A DNA stretch of 64,000 bases from an uncultured virus (IMG/VR IMGVR_UViG_3300044732_000510). Its lineage: Duplodnaviria; Heunggongvirae; Uroviricota; Caudoviricetes. Position numbers and translations under genes: made by a program. The notes beneath the pieces are model-generated. The model made no database searches. It had not been told where the DNA came from and saw only the letters and a list, made by a program, of their open reading frames with translations. Shown in pieces: positions 8,872 to 18,042 of this stretch (positions within the stretch are counted from its first letter, which is position 1; each line of letters begins with the position of its first letter). The stretch lies in IMG/VR virus record IMGVR_UViG_3300044732_000510. The stretch is one strand, 5' to 3'.

Positions 8872-8937
8872 ATGAGAATACTATTTGAATTAATATATGT
8901 AGCACTAATCAGCTGTATATATAAAAATCTAGAATAA
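8872..8937 (+). CDS. 21-aa hydrophobic microprotein (not in ORF track)
   Basis: MRILFELIYVALISCIYKNLE; fills the gap between flanking genes. Confidence 0.5.
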   Translation: MRILFELIYVALISCIYKNLE

Positions 8938-8942
8938 TATGT

Positions 8943-9218
8943 ATGACACTTAGAGAAACAGAATTAATAGGAAATGCTCTTGTTAAAAAGTTGGGTTTTA
9001 GAAGAAATAAACTTAATCATAATGTTTATAATTTAAGTTACCAGCATATTGCTATTGAAGTAGAGTTTTATGCAAAAGGAACTAGATGGGGTGTCAATGT
9101 TGTTTATCATATTGATACAAGTACTGTAGTTACCTTTTATGGTACTGCTATAAATATTGATAATATAATTCCAGATGCAGATAAATTAATTGGTATGTTT
9201 TATTTTATAAGATTATGA
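8943..9218 (+). CDS. hypothetical protein
   Basis: 91-aa ORF with ATGA overlap into the next gene. Confidence 0.65.
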   Translation: MTLRETELIGNALVKKLGFRRNKLNHNVYNLSYQHIAIEVEFYAKGTRWGVNVVYHIDTSTVVTFYGTAINIDNIIPDADKLIGMFYFIRL

Positions 9219-9631
9219 TAAGATATTTTAAAGACCAAAAGATTAAGGATCTTCTACTTGATATATGTAATGAACATCATGCAGTATCAAGAGAAGAAGA
9301 TAGTAATATGGGATACCTGTGGCATATGTATGCACATGGTACCAAAAAAGGAGACTTCAGACCATTTATCTTTATATCTGAGATGAACTTATTAGTAAAG
9401 ACAGGATATCTTACTGAAGATGAGAGAAAGAATCTAAATGCTATGTTAAATAGTAATGATGATGATAATGCTCACCTTACTGGATACTCTATACTTACAT
9501 TAAGGGCTAAGAGGATAGAAGAAATGGGATTATGGACTCCTGAGAATGAAAAATACAAAGATATTAACTACACTAGGGATATTATTAATCCTGAAATGTT
9601 TTTAAAACCTGTAACACCTTATACATTATGA
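9215..9631 (+). CDS. hypothetical protein
   Basis: 138-aa ORF coupled to neighbours. Confidence 0.7.
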   Translation: MIRYFKDQKIKDLLLDICNEHHAVSREEDSNMGYLWHMYAHGTKKGDFRPFIFISEMNLLVKTGYLTEDERKNLNAMLNSNDDDNAHLTGYSILTLRAKRIEEMGLWTPENEKYKDINYTRDIINPEMFLKPVTPYTL

Positions 9632-9828
9632 GTAATTTAACATGTATTAAATGTGGAGCTCCGGCTACCAAAAGGTATAGTCCTGATCTAGACATCAAGG
9701 GTATAGGAATGTGTGCAGAGCATACAGATGAGATCATGATGGATCTTATGGTTACTCAGTTTGATAAGAAGGGTTGGGAGAAGTTTGAGAAAAAGTATTT
9801 ACCTAAAACTAAAAAAGATGATAAATGA
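9628..9828 (+). CDS. small zinc-finger protein
   Basis: CIKC ... CAEH. Confidence 0.6.
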   Translation: MSNLTCIKCGAPATKRYSPDLDIKGIGMCAEHTDEIMMDLMVTQFDKKGWEKFEKKYLPKTKKDDK

Positions 9829-9874
9829 TATCTGTGTGTTCATTATCTGGTTGGTTTATAAAAATCTGGAATAA
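9818..9874 (+). CDS. 18-aa hydrophobic microprotein (not in ORF track)
   Basis: MINDICVFIIWLVYKNLE; its stop overlaps the next start (TAATG). Confidence 0.5.
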   Translation: MINDICVFIIWLVYKNLE

Positions 9875-10125
9875 TGACAGAAGAAGAATTAATAGATCTT
9901 GGCTTTGAAAAGGTAAGTATTACTGATGATGAAAGCCAGAATGGATATGATTACTATTACTACCAAAAAGAAATGTGCAGTGGTGTTGTGTTACATAGTT
10001 CAGATAGTATAGATACTAAAGGTAACAACTGGACATTGAAATGTTTTGAGATCCCGGCTATTAGTATCAGCACTAAGGATCATTATGATCAATTTCTTGA
10101 AGTGATGAACAATATAATTTGTTAA
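9874..10125 (+). CDS. hypothetical protein
   Basis: 83-aa ORF. Confidence 0.65.
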   Translation: MTEEELIDLGFEKVSITDDESQNGYDYYYYQKEMCSGVVLHSSDSIDTKGNNWTLKCFEIPAISISTKDHYDQFLEVMNNIIC

Positions 10126-10127
10126 TT

Positions 10128-10481
10128 ATGTTTAGTGGAAGATTAATTAAAAAAGACGGTAAACTTACTTATGCTAGCCCTCAAGATAAATTAGCCTATG
10201 ATATATTCATTAGCAAATTAGAAGAGGGTCAGATAGTAGAAATGTATATTGATCTTGCAAATGCAGATCATAGTAAAGCACAACTTGCAAAAGTACATGC
10301 TTGTATTAGAGAAATGGCAAAAGAGTCCGGGTACACTTTTGATGAAATGAAAGATGTGGTAAAAGAAGCATCTGGTCTAGGAGGTAAATCCTTTGCAGAT
10401 TGTGGTAAAGATGAACTTATGTTAGCTATTGAAGCTTGTATACAAATAGGAAGAGAACAGTTTAATTTGAATCTGGGGTAG
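10128..10481 (+). CDS. NinB/Orf-like protein (tentative)
   Basis: SKAQLAKVHACIREMAKESGYTFDEMK resembles the NinB-like S..Q...H..I..IA...G motif; ATG at 10128. Confidence 0.5.
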   Translation: MFSGRLIKKDGKLTYASPQDKLAYDIFISKLEEGQIVEMYIDLANADHSKAQLAKVHACIREMAKESGYTFDEMKDVVKEASGLGGKSFADCGKDELMLAIEACIQIGREQFNLNLG

Positions 10482-10785
10482 ATTTATTATCTTCCCCTTC
10501 AATTTCAATTTCTTTTATGTCAAAAAGTTCTTTTTCACCAGCTTGTCTTTCAATCTCAGCTAAAAGAAGTAGCATAGTTTTAAATGCTGCCTCATGCTCA
10601 GTATGTGGTTCATTTTCAGCTTCAGCAGACATTACTTTTTTAATCAATGCTTCATATTTTTCTTGATCTTTTTCTTGTTTAAATATGTAAAGCATTGTAG
10701 CCTTAAGCATTAAATAAAAGTTTTTATTAAGCTTGATGTCTATAACAGCATCATTTTTAATTTCCCTTACTTTGATAGTACTCAT
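10462..10785 (-). CDS. hypothetical protein, counter-oriented gene
   Basis: ATG 10785; TATTTTTG -7 box on the minus strand at 10801-10808. Confidence 0.65.
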   Translation of the reverse strand: MSTIKVREIKNDAVIDIKLNKNFYLMLKATMLYIFKQEKDQEKYEALIKKVMSAEAENEPHTEHEAAFKTMLLLLAEIERQAGEKELFDIKEIEIEGEDNKSTPDSN

Positions 10786-10816
10786 AGTATTAATTTTAAA
10801 CAAAAATAGAAAAAAA

Positions 10817-11515
10817 ATGGACTTAGAAGAAATTAAACAAAAAATGTTTACTAAACTTGAGCCTAGTGGTTGGGATAGAGTTCTTAAATCTTTTATATTT
10901 AGCAGTGACTTTGATGATATACTTACTAAGTTGTATACATTGAGTCAGGATGATAAGAGATTTACTCCACCACTAAAACAAGTGTTCAGAGCATTTGAAG
11001 AATGTCCTTATGATAAATTACAAGTAGTTATAGTGGGTCAGGATCCGTATCCACAGTTAGGAGTTGCAGATGGTATATCATTTAGCTGTAGCAATACAGG
11101 TAAATTACAACCAAGTCTTAGATATATCTTAGGAGAAGTAAACAGAACGGTGTACAATGATCATCCAGTGAGTGAAGATGTGGATCTTACAAGATGGTCT
11201 AATCAAGGTATACTTATGCTTAACACAGCTCTTACAACAGAAGTAGGTAAAATAGGTAGTCACTATGATATATGGAAGAAGTTTACCGCATATCTATTAG
11301 ATTGGCTTAATAACTACAACCCCGGACTAATTTATGTGTATATGGGTAAGAAGGCTGAAGAATGGTCTGAACTTACTACAAATACAGATTATAAGTTTAT
11401 GGTAAAGCATCCTGCTAGTGCTGCTTATAATGGTTCCAAATGGGATTCAGATGATGTTTTTATTAAGATATCTACAATAGTAACTAACACCACAGGTGAA
11501 ATAATAACTTGGTAA
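10817..11515 (+). CDS. ung: uracil-DNA glycosylase (family 1)
   Basis: VVIVGQDPY, GISFS, PSL, QGILMLNTALT and HPAS motifs; ATG 10817 after an A-run. Confidence 0.93.
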   Translation: MDLEEIKQKMFTKLEPSGWDRVLKSFIFSSDFDDILTKLYTLSQDDKRFTPPLKQVFRAFEECPYDKLQVVIVGQDPYPQLGVADGISFSCSNTGKLQPSLRYILGEVNRTVYNDHPVSEDVDLTRWSNQGILMLNTALTTEVGKIGSHYDIWKKFTAYLLDWLNNYNPGLIYVYMGKKAEEWSELTTNTDYKFMVKHPASAAYNGSKWDSDDVFIKISTIVTNTTGEIITW

Positions 11516-12102
11516 TGACAGATATATTTACAAGGTTGATCCAGGAAGGATTAACACCCAATACTTACTATGTTTTACATTGTATAAGAGAGAAATTAGT
11601 ACCCCATAAATTTGTCAACAAAGAATTAGAATGCAAAAGACTGCAAACGGATCAATGGTTGACAGAAAGTTTGGAATTAACTAGCAAAAGTCTTATCTTT
11701 ATGGAAGAAATTAATGGTTATTTTAAAAAGACCAAGAAGAAAACTTCACAAGATTTAATGGGGCAAGACTTTGTAAGAAATATAGAGAAATATGTAGAAA
11801 TATTTCCTAATAAGAAACTCTCATCTGGTAAATATGCTAGAGTAAATGCTAAGAATCTTGAAGCACCATTTAGATGGTTCTTTGAAAACTATGATTACAG
11901 TTGGGAGGAAATAAATAAAGCCACAGAAAGATATGTTGATGAGTTTAGCATTAGAAGATATGAATTTATGAGAACTGCACAATACTTTGTAAGAAAGCAA
12001 AACATAGATAAGTCTTTTGAATCTGATTTAGCAACATATTGTGAGATAATCAGAAGTGGTGATGATGAAGAACAAGTATATTTTAGTGAGCGAGTAGTAT
12101 GA
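11515..12102 (+). CDS. putative replication protein upstream of DnaB (initiator/loader-like)
   Basis: TAATG coupling with ung; position before the helicase; function inferred from context only. Confidence 0.55.
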   Translation: MTDIFTRLIQEGLTPNTYYVLHCIREKLVPHKFVNKELECKRLQTDQWLTESLELTSKSLIFMEEINGYFKKTKKKTSQDLMGQDFVRNIEKYVEIFPNKKLSSGKYARVNAKNLEAPFRWFFENYDYSWEEINKATERYVDEFSIRRYEFMRTAQYFVRKQNIDKSFESDLATYCEIIRSGDDEEQVYFSERVV

Positions 12103-12275
12103 TAAATCTAAAACTGACTATGATTGCTGTGGTGGGGTCTTTGTTTTGCTTTACTGTTATAGATCAGTTTATAGTTACTATAAATATCTGGCAGTATCTG
12201 GTAATTGAAGTAATCATGGCAGTTGTACATAGTTTCTATAACTATGTCAAAAACAAACATTTAACTAATACATAA
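12099..12275 (+). CDS. 58-aa two-TM membrane protein (not in ORF track)
   Basis: MINLKLTMIAVVGSLFCFTVIDQFIVTINIWQYLVIEVIMAVVHSFYNYVKNKHLTNT; ATGA overlap upstream, ends 4 nt before DnaB. Confidence 0.65.
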   Translation: MINLKLTMIAVVGSLFCFTVIDQFIVTINIWQYLVIEVIMAVVHSFYNYVKNKHLTNT

Positions 12276-12279
12276 ACAT

Positions 12280-13305
12280 ATGGCAGAATTATTTAATGGT
12301 GCACAGCCACTACAACCTGTAAGTGAAAGAGATGCTTTATTCAAAGCATTAGCAAAAATGGCGGCTAGAAGCCGGGGGGATATAAAATCTTTAAGAAGTG
12401 CCTGGCCCAAATTTAATGATGCCTTTTGTGATGGATTGGAATGGAGAACTATCACCGTAGTTGGTGCTAGACCTGGTACCGGAAAGACTTTATTTATGGA
12501 ACAGCTGATCAGTGACATTATTGAGATGAACAGAGATCAAAGATTCCGTATATTAAAGTTTCAGATGGAGATGGTTGATGAGACCAGTGGTATAAGAAAA
12601 TTTAGTCTGAATACAGGTGCTGATTACAACACCCTAATGAGTAAGGGTAAAAAGATTGATAAGGCTCTTTTTGCAAAGTGTCAAGACTATTATGATAATA
12701 CAGCTCACAAGGATATAATAGATGTAATCTATGATGCTTGTACTGTAGATGAAATGTGTGCTACTATTCATTACCAAATGCAAAAGTATTCTAAGTTGAC
12801 TGTGGATGCAGATGGTAATCAGAAAAGAGAGTATACTAATATGCTTGTTGCAATAGATCACTCAGCTTTATTTAAAAATGGTAAGGGACAAAAAGATAAA
12901 TTTGAAATGTTAGGAGCTTTAGGTGAAGCACTCACCATGTTAAAGAAAAAGTATCCGGTAGCTTTTGTAGTTCTCAGCCAGTTGAATAGAAATATAGATG
13001 ATCCAAAGAGAGCAGTGGATGGTGATTACGGTAATTATGTATTGGACTCAGATATTTATGGGTCAGATGCACTATTACAACATGCAGACGTTGTGCTGGG
13101 TATAAACAAACCTTCTCTGAGAAAAATAAGACAGTATGGACCAGATAGATATATCATAAATGATGAGGATATATTAGCTTTTCACTTTTTGAAATCTAGA
13201 AATGGTACCACAAGAATAAGTTTCTTTAAACTTGACAGAGAACAGATGAGGATAGTAGAGATACCTACTCCAGCATGTGCAACTAAAAAAGTATCAACAC
13301 AGTAA
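12280..13305 (+). CDS. dnaB: DnaB-like replicative helicase (C-terminal ATPase domain only)
   Basis: GARPGTGKT, QMEM, IDH, LSQLNR, ADVV, KSRNG. Confidence 0.9.
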   Translation: MAELFNGAQPLQPVSERDALFKALAKMAARSRGDIKSLRSAWPKFNDAFCDGLEWRTITVVGARPGTGKTLFMEQLISDIIEMNRDQRFRILKFQMEMVDETSGIRKFSLNTGADYNTLMSKGKKIDKALFAKCQDYYDNTAHKDIIDVIYDACTVDEMCATIHYQMQKYSKLTVDADGNQKREYTNMLVAIDHSALFKNGKGQKDKFEMLGALGEALTMLKKKYPVAFVVLSQLNRNIDDPKRAVDGDYGNYVLDSDIYGSDALLQHADVVLGINKPSLRKIRQYGPDRYIINDEDILAFHFLKSRNGTTRISFFKLDREQMRIVEIPTPACATKKVSTQ

Positions 13306-13314
13306 ATTTTAAAT

Positions 13315-13971
13315 ATGAATATAAGAAAAGAAAGAGAAAAAGAGTTCTTTGTAGAACACATGGAGACTTTTAAAAAGCTGGGTCTGTCAGATCCGTTTTT
13401 TATAATTAAAACTGCATTCTTCCAGAAAGGTAAATTTGGTAGACAAGTACAGTTATTTGAGTCTGAGATTAGTAAAGGTGAGGACATCTATATAGAGTTC
13501 TATGACAATGTTACTGATGATAAAGGTACTGTAACTGATGTAGTTCCTTTTACAGAAGACAGACAATTATTTAAGTACAAAGCTAACCCATTCTATGCAG
13601 AGGAGTATGAAACAAAAGAAGGTACAAACTTTAAAGGTGAGCCTTATATTCTTTATACTGTTCCTCTATCTGAATTGGTAGCAGTTCTTGAAGATGGTAC
13701 TGAGATAACTCATGCTCTTTATGAAAAGAGAAAAGAAGAATCTAAGAAAGAAGATTCTTTACCTAAGTTACAGAAAAGCTTGTCACTATTTCCTGATTTT
13801 GAGGAGGAGTTTCCTTCTAATAAGGGAGAGATTCTTCTTAATGAAGAGATTGCAGATGCGCCATTGTCAGAAATTACTGTTAGAGATCTTGCAGCTATTA
13901 TGCTGATAAAGCCTGTTAGTGCTAGACCTTGGTTAAATGAGCTGATTAAACAAACAAAAAGTGAAATATGA
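13315..13971 (+). CDS. hypothetical replication-module protein
   Basis: 218-aa ORF between DnaB and the ATPase. Confidence 0.75.
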   Translation: MNIRKEREKEFFVEHMETFKKLGLSDPFFIIKTAFFQKGKFGRQVQLFESEISKGEDIYIEFYDNVTDDKGTVTDVVPFTEDRQLFKYKANPFYAEEYETKEGTNFKGEPYILYTVPLSELVAVLEDGTEITHALYEKRKEESKKEDSLPKLQKSLSLFPDFEEEFPSNKGEILLNEEIADAPLSEITVRDLAAIMLIKPVSARPWLNELIKQTKSEI

Positions 13972-14690
13972 GTATAGTACTTCCAACTAAAAAGGTTAAG
14001 GCTGAAAGACAGAATCCAAAGAGAATGATTATTTATTCCAAGCCTAAGACTGGTAAGACAACAGCATATGCTGGTCTTGATGACAACTTAATTCTAGATT
14101 TGGAGAGTGGTTCTGATTATGTTGAAGCTCTAAAGATTAAAGTTAATACTTTGCAAGAGTTGCTAGATGCTGGTAAAGCTATCAAAGCAGCCGGTAATCC
14201 TTATAAGTATGTTACTGTAGATACTGTAACTGCATTAGAGGATATGATACAACCTCTTGCAATAAAAATTTACCGTCAGACACCGATGGGAAAAAACTAT
14301 GATGGAGACAATGTAACTACACTACCAAATGGTGCTGGTTATTTATATATCCGTCAAGCATTCTTCCAAGTTTTAGATTTTATTGATACCTTAGCTCCCC
14401 ACATTATTTTATCTGGTCATATTAAAGACAAGGTAGTTGATGATAAAGGTGAGATGGTTATGTCTGCTAACATAGACTTAACTGGTAAAATAAAGTCTTT
14501 GATTTGTGCTAATGCTGATGCTATTGGGTACATGTACAGAAAAGGAAACAAAACTATTCTGAGCTTTAAGACTAATGAAGAAGTTACTTGTGGTGCAAGA
14601 CCAGAACATCTCCGTAATGAAGAGATAGTAGTAACTGAGATGAATGAAAAAGGTGAATTAGAGTTTCACTGGGATAAAATTTATGTATAA
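13968..14690 (+). CDS. Sak4-like/AAA_24 P-loop ATPase (ssDNA annealing)
   Basis: YSKPKTGKTT, ILDLESG, VTVDTVT, ILSGH, ADAIGY. Confidence 0.8.
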   Translation: MSIVLPTKKVKAERQNPKRMIIYSKPKTGKTTAYAGLDDNLILDLESGSDYVEALKIKVNTLQELLDAGKAIKAAGNPYKYVTVDTVTALEDMIQPLAIKIYRQTPMGKNYDGDNVTTLPNGAGYLYIRQAFFQVLDFIDTLAPHIILSGHIKDKVVDDKGEMVMSANIDLTGKIKSLICANADAIGYMYRKGNKTILSFKTNEEVTCGARPEHLRNEEIVVTEMNEKGELEFHWDKIYV

Positions 14691-14713
14691 TAACAAATAA
14701 AAAATAAAAAACA

Positions 14714-15397
14714 ATGGGATTAAGTACAACTGACTTAGGAACTGGTGGCAGTGGGCTACCTAAAACAATTTCTCCAGGAAATCATGTGTTAAAGATTAAC
14801 TATGTGGAGCTAGAAGATTTTAAATTTATTGATAATGCAAAACACTTGCTTTTGCATGTGGAAACACAACCTATTGATGGTTTTGAGGGCTTCATGCTTG
14901 ACAAGGATGATGAAAGCAAGGGTAGATATGCTGGTCAAATTGGTAAAGTTAAAGCTAGCCAGTATGCATATGCAGATGGTGAAACTAAAACAGGTATCAA
15001 GATTCAGAGAGATAGATCTATCTTGATTTTTCTACAAGGTTTATGTAAAACTGCAGGAATCAATGAGTGGTTTACTGAACAAGATGGTAAGCATGACACT
15101 ATTGAAGACTTTGTAGAAGCATTCAATGCTACTGCACCTATCAAAGATAAGTTTCTTGAGTTCTGTATTGCTGGTAGAGAATATGAAGGTAAGACAGGTT
15201 ATACAAACTATGATATGTGGTTGCCAAAAGCAGAAAATAAAAAGTATGCTTATGGTGAGGTAGAGGAAGGAAAAGTTATTACTTTTGATGAATCCAAACA
15301 TTTGAAAAAATTAGAAACAAAAGAAGTAAAAAGCTTTGGAGAGGATGATGACTTCACACCTCCAACTAAAACATCTTCTGACTTCAGCCTAGACTAA
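14714..15397 (+). CDS. putative single-stranded DNA-binding protein
   Basis: Follows the Sak4-like gene; acidic/aromatic tail EDDDF..SDFSLD. Confidence 0.55.
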   Translation: MGLSTTDLGTGGSGLPKTISPGNHVLKINYVELEDFKFIDNAKHLLLHVETQPIDGFEGFMLDKDDESKGRYAGQIGKVKASQYAYADGETKTGIKIQRDRSILIFLQGLCKTAGINEWFTEQDGKHDTIEDFVEAFNATAPIKDKFLEFCIAGREYEGKTGYTNYDMWLPKAENKKYAYGEVEEGKVITFDESKHLKKLETKEVKSFGEDDDFTPPTKTSSDFSLD

Positions 15398-15405
15398 TAA
15401 GTTAT

Positions 15406-15439
15406 AGGGGGAGTTAGAAATGGCTTCCCCTTAATTTTT
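15406..15439 (+). terminator. intrinsic terminator
   Basis: AGGGGGAGTTA-GAAA-TGGCTTCCCCT stem-loop followed by a T-rich tract. Confidence 0.75.
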
Positions 15440-15451
15440 AAACTAGGTAGT

Positions 15452-16435
15452 ATGATTTCAACAAAGAATTTAATTACTGATTTAGAACAAGTCCCCAGAG
15501 AATGGGTCTTTGAATATTATCTTAACCTAAAGGAAAAACTAACAGGTCAAGATGTAAAAATGCTATCTGCATTTAATGCCAAGGATAAAGTTCCATCCAT
15601 GTTTGTTTATTTTGATGTAGCCTCTGGATTCTATAAATTCAAGGACTTTTCATCTGGTTATCAGGGAGATTGCATTGAGTTGGTAAAGCATTTGTTTAAC
15701 ATGTCTACAAGAGGACAAGCTACAAATAAAATACTTCTTGAGTATCAACAGTATCTTAAAGATAACACTACATATACTCCTGAGGCTGCTATGTTTCATG
15801 ATAAGTATAGAGTAGTAGATTATGAGATGAGACACTGGAATAACTTTGATCAGACTTATTGGATGGGTTTTAAGATTGGGTCTGGAATACTTGATAGATA
15901 TAATGTAGTTCCTTTGGCTTTCTTTACTATGAGCAAAACTGAACAGGATGGTAGTATAACTTCACACACATTTAGAAAGTCCCATACTTATGGATATTTT
16001 AGAAATGATGGTAGCTTGTATAAGATATATATGCCAAAGAGTACTCAGAAGAAGTTTATCAAGGTAGAAAATTATATTCAGGGCACAGATCAGTTGAGAT
16101 ATGATTGCAAGTATCTTATTATCACATCTTCACTTAAGGATCTTATGGCTTTCAATAAACTAGGCATTAGTAATATTGAAGCTATTGCTCCAGACAGTGA
16201 GAATACTATGATAGGAGAAAAGGCTGTTGGAGAACTAAAACTCAAGTATCATAAGATAGTTGTGTTGTTTGACAATGATGAGCCTGGGATTAAAGCTGCA
16301 CAAAGATATTCTGATATGTATGGATTTAGCTATATACTGCTACCTATGGAGAAAGATCTTTCTGACTCAGTTAAAGTACATGGTATAGATAAAGTAAAAG
16401 AAGTATTATTTCCACTATTAAAACAAGCATTATGA
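15452..16435 (+). CDS. DNA primase (Toprim)
   Basis: Degenerate N-terminal zinc-binding domain (PSM..FKDFSSG..GD), Toprim IITSSLKD and LFDNDEPG, terminal EKDLSD. Confidence 0.85.
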   Translation: MISTKNLITDLEQVPREWVFEYYLNLKEKLTGQDVKMLSAFNAKDKVPSMFVYFDVASGFYKFKDFSSGYQGDCIELVKHLFNMSTRGQATNKILLEYQQYLKDNTTYTPEAAMFHDKYRVVDYEMRHWNNFDQTYWMGFKIGSGILDRYNVVPLAFFTMSKTEQDGSITSHTFRKSHTYGYFRNDGSLYKIYMPKSTQKKFIKVENYIQGTDQLRYDCKYLIITSSLKDLMAFNKLGISNIEAIAPDSENTMIGEKAVGELKLKYHKIVVLFDNDEPGIKAAQRYSDMYGFSYILLPMEKDLSDSVKVHGIDKVKEVLFPLLKQAL

Positions 16436-16857
16436 GCTGGATGTATCAAGGTAGAGAGTTTACTAACAGTATGATTCCTGAAGGAGCTGTGGGATTTGTG
16501 TATGAGATGGAAGCCATTATTGATGGTAAGTCTGTAAGGTATGTGGGTAAGAAGAATTTTTACTCTACTACAAAAAAGAAGTTTGGTAAAAGAGCTGTTG
16601 CTCAGATGACTGATAAAAGAAACAAGAAATATGAGACTGTTTCTAAGGCTAGTTATCAAAACTACTATAGTAGTAATGCAGTTCTTAAAGAAGCTCACAA
16701 AGCTGGTATACCAATCAAAAGGTACATAGTTAAGATATGTTTTTCCAAAATGGAACTCACATATTTTGAGACTAAGTATCAGTTTTTGAGAGAGGTTCTT
16801 GAAAAAGATGAGTATTTGAATGGTAATATACTGGGCCGCTTCTTTAAGGTAAAATAA
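16432..16857 (+). CDS. GIY-YIG family endonuclease (T4 endonuclease II-like)
   Basis: GFVY...RYVGKK, YYSS, ELTYFETK, YLNGNILG; no NUMOD tail. Confidence 0.7.
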   Translation: MSWMYQGREFTNSMIPEGAVGFVYEMEAIIDGKSVRYVGKKNFYSTTKKKFGKRAVAQMTDKRNKKYETVSKASYQNYYSSNAVLKEAHKAGIPIKRYIVKICFSKMELTYFETKYQFLREVLEKDEYLNGNILGRFFKVK

Positions 16858-16864
16858 AATAATT

Positions 16865-17272
16865 ATGACAGAATTAGAATTGACAAGCCTCCTATTTAGG
16901 TTGGCTGATTTTGGTATTACAGGTGTTAAAGTAAAATATGATGGTGGAGGAGACTCAGGTGCCATAGAATGGATAGGTTATACAAAAAAACCTTGTGAAA
17001 CTCCAGAAGATGTACATGATAAGGTAGATGATTGGGCAGATGAGTGCAACCTAGCAAAATTTGATCAAGATGCTTATTATACAATTGAATCATTTGTTGA
17101 AGAAAAACTTCTTAATGATGTAGAAGATTGGTGGAATAATGAAGGTGGTTGGGGTGAAGTTGGTATTTGTGTTCCTTCAGGAAAGTATATTATTAATAAT
17201 CATGTAAGAATTACTGAGACTGAAGATTATTTTCATGATGGTAGTTTGTTAGATAAAGTAGAAGAAGAATAA
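16865..17272 (+). CDS. DUF6878-like protein
   Basis: GITGVKVKYDGGGDSGAIE and DWWNNEGGWG motifs. Confidence 0.65.
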   Translation: MTELELTSLLFRLADFGITGVKVKYDGGGDSGAIEWIGYTKKPCETPEDVHDKVDDWADECNLAKFDQDAYYTIESFVEEKLLNDVEDWWNNEGGWGEVGICVPSGKYIINNHVRITETEDYFHDGSLLDKVEEE

Positions 17273-17619
17273 TGGCACATCCTTGGCAACATGCAAAGTC
17301 ATCAGCTAAGAAGTTTGGAGGGTCTCCTGTAGATTATCTAGCAATACATAACTGGTTTGATGAAACTAAGGCCTGGGTAGGTCATAGTATGCACAGAATG
17401 TTTAGACATCATTCAGAAGGTATATTTGAATGTGAGCAAAGATTTGGTATGGTAATTACCAACTCTGACGGCAAAGATGTATATGTAAGATATGTTGGTG
17501 AGCAGCATGTCAAGGAAGATTGTAATAATTACATCCCTACTGCAAAAGAATGGGTAGATATGATTGAATCTGGTAAACCACATATGTGGGCTATTAAAAC
17601 ATTAAAAATTGAAGACTGA
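17272..17619 (+). CDS. DUF6915-like His-rich protein
   Basis: MAHPWQHAKSSAKKFGG..IHNWFDETK..HRMFRHHSEGIF..VGEQHVKED..IP. Confidence 0.7.
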   Translation: MAHPWQHAKSSAKKFGGSPVDYLAIHNWFDETKAWVGHSMHRMFRHHSEGIFECEQRFGMVITNSDGKDVYVRYVGEQHVKEDCNNYIPTAKEWVDMIESGKPHMWAIKTLKIED

Positions 17620-18038
17620 TGGCAAAAATGATTTTTAGTAAAGAAGAGACAAGAAACTTGCTTATGATGTTACAATCTGAAGATGCAGATAATCATCTTA
17701 TAGCATTTGAGTCTCTAAAGAATGTTGATTTTAATAAGTATATAGGAGAACTATTAGTTCTCTATAAGTATGGTGGACATACTATGGATAATTGGTTAGC
17801 AAATTGTAATAAAATTGCAATAAGACTCCAAAATACATTTGTAAGTGAAGTACCACTTAGTAGCCCTAAGACTTTAAGTCTGATTACAAAACACAAAGGT
17901 TCTAAAGCTTCGGTTGAGCTATTTATGGAATTTTTTATTAGAGATATGTCAAGGATGTTAGAGTCTATTGGCTATCCTACAGACAAATTTGAAATAGATA
18001 TTAAATTTAAAGATGATGGACAAACAACAGAGTCTTAG
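17619..18038 (+). CDS. hypothetical protein
   Basis: 139-aa ORF with TGATG coupling. Confidence 0.7.
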   Translation: MAKMIFSKEETRNLLMMLQSEDADNHLIAFESLKNVDFNKYIGELLVLYKYGGHTMDNWLANCNKIAIRLQNTFVSEVPLSSPKTLSLITKHKGSKASVELFMEFFIRDMSRMLESIGYPTDKFEIDIKFKDDGQTTES

Positions 18039-18042
18039 TAAA
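18013..18042 (+). pseudogene. orphaned original 5' end of the vWA/peptidase gene
   Basis: Translates MMDKQQSLSK, which aligns with NKNESLSR near the start of 18864..20054; overlaps the upstream stop like other operon starts. Confidence 0.6.
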
